NCBI GenBank assembly: GCA_040217195.1
Contig: JAVJNR010000004.1
Coordinates: 128,001-192,000 of the forward strand
Direction: 5' to 3'
Length of the DNA: 64,000 nt
Source of the DNA: Leptospiraceae bacterium
GTDB lineage: Bacteria; Spirochaetota; Leptospiria; Leptospirales; Leptonemataceae
Each line of letters begins with the position of its first letter. Position 1 is the stretch's first letter. Position numbers and translations under genes: made by a program. The notes beneath the pieces were generated by a model. The model made no database searches. It worked only from the letters and a program-made list of their open reading frames with translations, and was not told the DNA's origin. Shown here one piece after another: positions 60,028 through 64,000 of the stretch.

Positions 60028-60945
60028 TTGCAACCAGATGCAGAGATTCTACTAGAACGAAATCTGCAAAATATACGGCCCGGAATAATACTGCAGGCTC
60101 TGACATTAATCCTTACTTCTGTTTTTATTTCAGGCTGTCTGGACTTTCAGCGCAGCCAGAATCAGATTCAAGATGCACTGAAGAATAAAAACGTTACAGA
60201 AGCCACCATACCTTTCCAGACCTATAAGCTGAATGCTCTTGCCATCGGACCTGTAGATGGCGATCCCGTGCTCTTCATCCATGGCTCCCCAGGCAGCTGG
60301 GATAACTACCTGGATGTAATTTCCAACCTCGATCATTCATTACTGATTTTCTTCGATCGCCCGGGCTTTGGTCAATCCGTGCCGGAGATTTCTCTACCTG
60401 ACCTGGAAATGCAGGCCAATGCAGCCCGGGCAGTACTGAGGCACTTCTCTTCCAGACCTGCCATTCTGGTAGGTCATTCCTATGGCGGCCCAATTGCTCT
60501 GGAAATGAGCCTTCGATTCCAGGAACCGATCCAGGCCCTGGTACTTGTGGGGGCCAGTGTGGACCCGGAACTGGAAAGACTACGATGGTATAACCACCTG
60601 ACCACTTTTCTGGAGATTATGGTTCCGGGAGCTCTGGTACGCTCTAACGATGAAATGATCCCTCTACGAAACCAGCTAGAAAGTCAGAAACGCCGGATCA
60701 TGGCATCGCAATCCAGTTTACCTTCTATCTATGTACTGCATGGCACAGAGGATGATCTGGTACCGGTGGAAAATGTGAATTATATATACGATGTCCCGGG
60801 AGCGCGAAGCAATCTAATCTGTGTTCAGTTGCTAAGCGATCAGGATCATTTCATTCCCTGGAAACATCCCGGCGAACTGGCCGACCTTATCAGGGAGGCC
60901 CAGGATGGCACCTGCACGGACCCGGAAAATTATAGCCGATGGTAG
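60028..60945 (+). CDS. Alpha/beta hydrolase, probable lipoprotein
   Basis: FIHGSPG, DRPGFG.S, nucleophile elbow GHSYGG, HGTEDDLVP, HFIPW, lipobox-like FISGC. Start uncertain (TTG 60028 assumed). Confidence 0.85.
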   Translation: MQPDAEILLERNLQNIRPGIILQALTLILTSVFISGCLDFQRSQNQIQDALKNKNVTEATIPFQTYKLNALAIGPVDGDPVLFIHGSPGSWDNYLDVISNLDHSLLIFFDRPGFGQSVPEISLPDLEMQANAARAVLRHFSSRPAILVGHSYGGPIALEMSLRFQEPIQALVLVGASVDPELERLRWYNHLTTFLEIMVPGALVRSNDEMIPLRNQLESQKRRIMASQSSLPSIYVLHGTEDDLVPVENVNYIYDVPGARSNLICVQLLSDQDHFIPWKHPGELADLIREAQDGTCTDPENYSRW

Positions 60946-61048
60946 AACAGCAAAACTCGACATAAACTCTGTGCTACCGATCTCTTCAATTGAAAGCATT
61001 TCGATTAAGGAGGCTTCGCTCAAACAAAGCCACCTTACAGGGAGTGCA

Positions 61049-61996
61049 CTATTCATCCCTGTAGGGACTGAGACCAGGCTTTATCCTGTCTAACTTTCTA
61101 TGCTTTAGAAGCTCGGTCAAATCATGACTGAATCCGTAGCGTCGCTGCAGAGCGATGGCACGAGTTAACAGTTCAGCCTTATCGGGCTCTTTTCCGTCAA
61201 AAGCTACTACGATGCGACTGGAATTGGAGAAGCTATAATAGGTATGAGTATGGTCGAATATCTCTCGCAGAGTCACTATAGTACGATCGTGCACTTCATC
61301 GTCATAAATGTTAAGAAATAGTACGCCCCCGGGTCGCAGTATTGACTTCACTTCGCGGTAAAACTCCAGAGTGATCAGATGCTCGGGTATATAGCCGCCA
61401 CCGTAGGCATCTCCCATAACCAGATCGTATTTATGGGCGGTCCCTTGCACAAATCTACGAGCATCATCCACATGTACATCGTAGTTCACACCTGGATCGG
61501 TCATAAAGTATCGAACTGCCATGGAAGCCACGCCACCATCAATTTCCACTCCATCAATGTACATGTCTGGAATAAAACGATGGAAGTAATTACTGATTGC
61601 TCCACCACCCAGGCCCAGAAGCAAAAATCGTTTATGTTCTTTTGCATACAGTAGAGCTGCCGGAGCTAGCTCACCATAGGCAAGTACCAGCTCATCTGGT
61701 TGACTGAGATTGATCTCTGTTTCTTTGTACAGGGAGCCGCCTCGCTTGAAGTAAAGAACTATATTGCTTCCTTCCTTGCGAACAATGATATGACTGAACG
61801 TAGAGCGAAAATCTTCTATGTTTCCCTGCGGAAGTGCGCGAAGCTCTTCAAGTGAAAGTGGCTTTACTTGATTTGGATCCTGCTCTGCCCAGGGAGATGC
61901 ATGGAGCAATACAGAAAAAAATGAAACCAGGACAATTCCGGCTATTGAAAAAGATGGAATTGCTATTCTTCGATTATCAACGTATAGTTTTGCCAT
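61049..61996 (-). CDS. Spermidine synthase-like SAM/dcSAM-binding protein
   Basis: LLLGLGGG, VEID, DARRFV, YDLVMGDAY, HLITLEFY, LRPGG. N-terminal hydrophobic segment. Confidence 0.82.
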   Translation of the reverse strand: MAKLYVDNRRIAIPSFSIAGIVLVSFFSVLLHASPWAEQDPNQVKPLSLEELRALPQGNIEDFRSTFSHIIVRKEGSNIVLYFKRGGSLYKETEINLSQPDELVLAYGELAPAALLYAKEHKRFLLLGLGGGAISNYFHRFIPDMYIDGVEIDGGVASMAVRYFMTDPGVNYDVHVDDARRFVQGTAHKYDLVMGDAYGGGYIPEHLITLEFYREVKSILRPGGVLFLNIYDDEVHDRTIVTLREIFDHTHTYYSFSNSSRIVVAFDGKEPDKAELLTRAIALQRRYGFSHDLTELLKHRKLDRIKPGLSPYRDE

Positions 61997-62030
61997 ATCA
62001 ATCTGCAATCAGATATTCTGCCGGGTTGGT

Positions 62031-63983
62031 TCAGGTAGTGCCACCCATTTGACGATACATATTTTCGATTTCATGCGCGTATTTATCGCTGACTACATTC
62101 CTTCGGACCTTCAATGTCTGGGTCAATTCTTCGCCTGCTTTAAAAGGTTCAGCAAGCAAATAAAATACCCCAATTCGCTCAAAACTCTTAAATCCTGTTT
62201 CTTGCCCGACGCATGCTCTAATCTCTTTGCGAAATAGCTTAACTATGTCCTCATTGAGGTTGTAGTACTGCGAACCAATGGCTCCTTCAAGATTCATTTC
62301 CTTTAGTTTCTTTTCCAGGGCTTCATGCGCCGGTACAATCAGAGCTCCCAGGTATTTTTTGTCCTGGCCCACCACCATCACCTGGTGAATCAGCGGACTC
62401 TGACTTAGAGCAAATTCAAGGGGCTCCGGTTCGATATTCTCACCACCCATCAAGACGATTGTATCCTTGGCCCGTCCCGCAAACTTCAGCAAACCTTCCC
62501 TGGTCCAGATTAATAAATCGCCGGAATCCAACCAGCCATCCTTTAACGTGGCCTGAGTTCGTTGCTCATCTTTGTAATAACCTTGCATTATATGAGGTCC
62601 TTTATGAAAACAGACTCCCTTAACTCCGGTTTTCTTAACTTCCTTTCCGTGGGAGTCCAGAAGCTTCACTTCTATTCCGGCCACTGGCTTGCCCACCGTA
62701 CCGATAACAAAGTTCTTTCCCAACCGAGCAACGGACACTCCGGACGTTTCGGTCATTCCATAGACCTCAAAAATAGGAATTCCTATGGAAGCGAACAATC
62801 GATCGATGTGCTCCGGAAGGGCTCCGGCCCCGGAAACTGCATATCTTAGCTCGCCTCCAAGGACACCTCGAATCTTTTTGAATGCCAGTCGGGATACCAG
62901 AAATAATGGCCAGAGAATCGAAACAATTATCGTAGAATAGATCCGCTCCAGAAGCACCAGAATCCCCGGAATTGGCCTGGTATGGTAGGAATTACCTCGC
63001 ATTCTATCCCAGTGAAAACGAAAGGTCAAAGCAACCCGGCGAAAGAAGAAAAAGATCTTCTGTCGAAGTGGAGGAGCTTGCCGCACCGTTTCTAGAATTT
63101 TATTGTACATTGCTTCCCAGACACGAGGAACACTGAACAGGACCGTAGGTTTCACTTCCTGCAGATCTTTAGAGAGACTGGTGATGGTAGTAAATGCAAT
63201 ACTGGAACCGCAATGATAGAGGACCGTTTCCCAGAGTCGCTCACCAATGTGCCATGGAGGTAAGAAGCCAAGAGAGCGATCGCTGCTGGTATAGGGAGTT
63301 CCCTGCTCTTTTAGAATCTCCAGAATGGTTCTTGCTTCCCAGGCCAGGTTGGAATGCGAAAGCATAACTCCCTTGGGGGTCCCTGTTGTACCTGATGTAT
63401 AAATGATAGTCGCAAGATCCCCGGGGATGACGGCGGATCCCTCTTTGTCCACAGCGCCAGGATCTTCAGAAAGGTGTTTTTGTCCCAGTTCCATTAAGCT
63501 CTGCAAAGCCATGATTTCAACACCCGAAAAAGAATCCAGCTCCGACTGTTTTTCGTAGAAGATTATATACTTTAGACTATCCAGTTCAGCCAGAGTCACC
63601 TTGAGCTTTTCGTAGGCTGCGCGATTCTGTAGAAATACAGCTTTCGCTTCCGAATGGCTCATGATATATTTCAAGTCCTCGGAAGTGGCATCCGTACCTC
63701 GGGGAACATCCACCAGGCCTATGGAATTCAACGCTCCGCTGATTCGAAGCCAATGAGGGCCTGCATCTGCGATCAAGGCCACCCGATCTCCCTTTTGGAG
63801 ATTCAGAAATTTCATGCCCGCGGCAATGGATGTTAACTCTTCATAGAATTGATGATAGGTAATGGTGCTTAATTCGCCGTCGGCATTTCTGAACCTCTGG
63901 CAGACAAGATCTGTGTGCCGCCCTGCCGACTCCTTGAAGATGTGATACATAGTTGCATCAGGGCTTAGCGGATTGAATTTCAT
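62031..63983 (-). CDS. Long-chain fatty acid--CoA ligase (AMP-dependent synthetase)
   Basis: IIYTSGTTGTPKGVMLSH, FLPPWH, VYGMTET, DSGD, GRAKDTIVLMGGENIEP, ELTQTLKVRR. Confidence 0.93.
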   Translation of the reverse strand: MKFNPLSPDATMYHIFKESAGRHTDLVCQRFRNADGELSTITYHQFYEELTSIAAGMKFLNLQKGDRVALIADAGPHWLRISGALNSIGLVDVPRGTDATSEDLKYIMSHSEAKAVFLQNRAAYEKLKVTLAELDSLKYIIFYEKQSELDSFSGVEIMALQSLMELGQKHLSEDPGAVDKEGSAVIPGDLATIIYTSGTTGTPKGVMLSHSNLAWEARTILEILKEQGTPYTSSDRSLGFLPPWHIGERLWETVLYHCGSSIAFTTITSLSKDLQEVKPTVLFSVPRVWEAMYNKILETVRQAPPLRQKIFFFFRRVALTFRFHWDRMRGNSYHTRPIPGILVLLERIYSTIIVSILWPLFLVSRLAFKKIRGVLGGELRYAVSGAGALPEHIDRLFASIGIPIFEVYGMTETSGVSVARLGKNFVIGTVGKPVAGIEVKLLDSHGKEVKKTGVKGVCFHKGPHIMQGYYKDEQRTQATLKDGWLDSGDLLIWTREGLLKFAGRAKDTIVLMGGENIEPEPLEFALSQSPLIHQVMVVGQDKKYLGALIVPAHEALEKKLKEMNLEGAIGSQYYNLNEDIVKLFRKEIRACVGQETGFKSFERIGVFYLLAEPFKAGEELTQTLKVRRNVVSDKYAHEIENMYRQMGGTT

Positions 63984-64000
63984 AGTCTGAGCATGGGACA

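Overview
A gene-dense bacterial chromosome segment, very probably from a free-living Leptospiraceae spirochete. This assignment is inferred from a LipL41-like lipoprotein, a plastidic-type ferredoxin-NADP reductase, Leptospira-style lipoprotein signal peptides and an HD-GYP-like protein. Housekeeping and metabolic genes include polA (3' part), ssb, a UvrD-like helicase, leuB, dGTPase, ccr, avtA, uvrC, a GldA/F/G-like ABC system and an acyl-CoA synthetase. Two clear ncRNAs are present: RNase P RNA and a cobalamin riboswitch. There are two accessory-looking blocks. The block at ~14.4-25.7 kb holds DinB, a ClC channel, an FAD dehydrogenase plus ThDP enzyme, TetR/RND, a Ric-like protein and a cupin. 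The block at ~38.9-48.2 kb is the best candidate for an undescribed system: a lipoprotein neutral ceramidase and a TetR regulator lie divergent from an operon of FGGY kinase, class II aldolase, GSAM-like class III aminotransferase, degenerate aldolase and MFS. The chemistry fits a hypothetical S1P-lyase-independent route for sphingoid-base catabolism. Also notable are a three-gene TIMP-like/metzincin/lipoprotein module, a B12 riboswitch that appears to control only two tiny ORFs, a CTG-initiated RND gene, several apparently leaderless promoters and a 48-bp tandem palindromic repeat before rnpB. No CRISPR array, tRNA, rRNA, transposase or integrase was found. All calls come from motif recognition by eye; no database searches were run.
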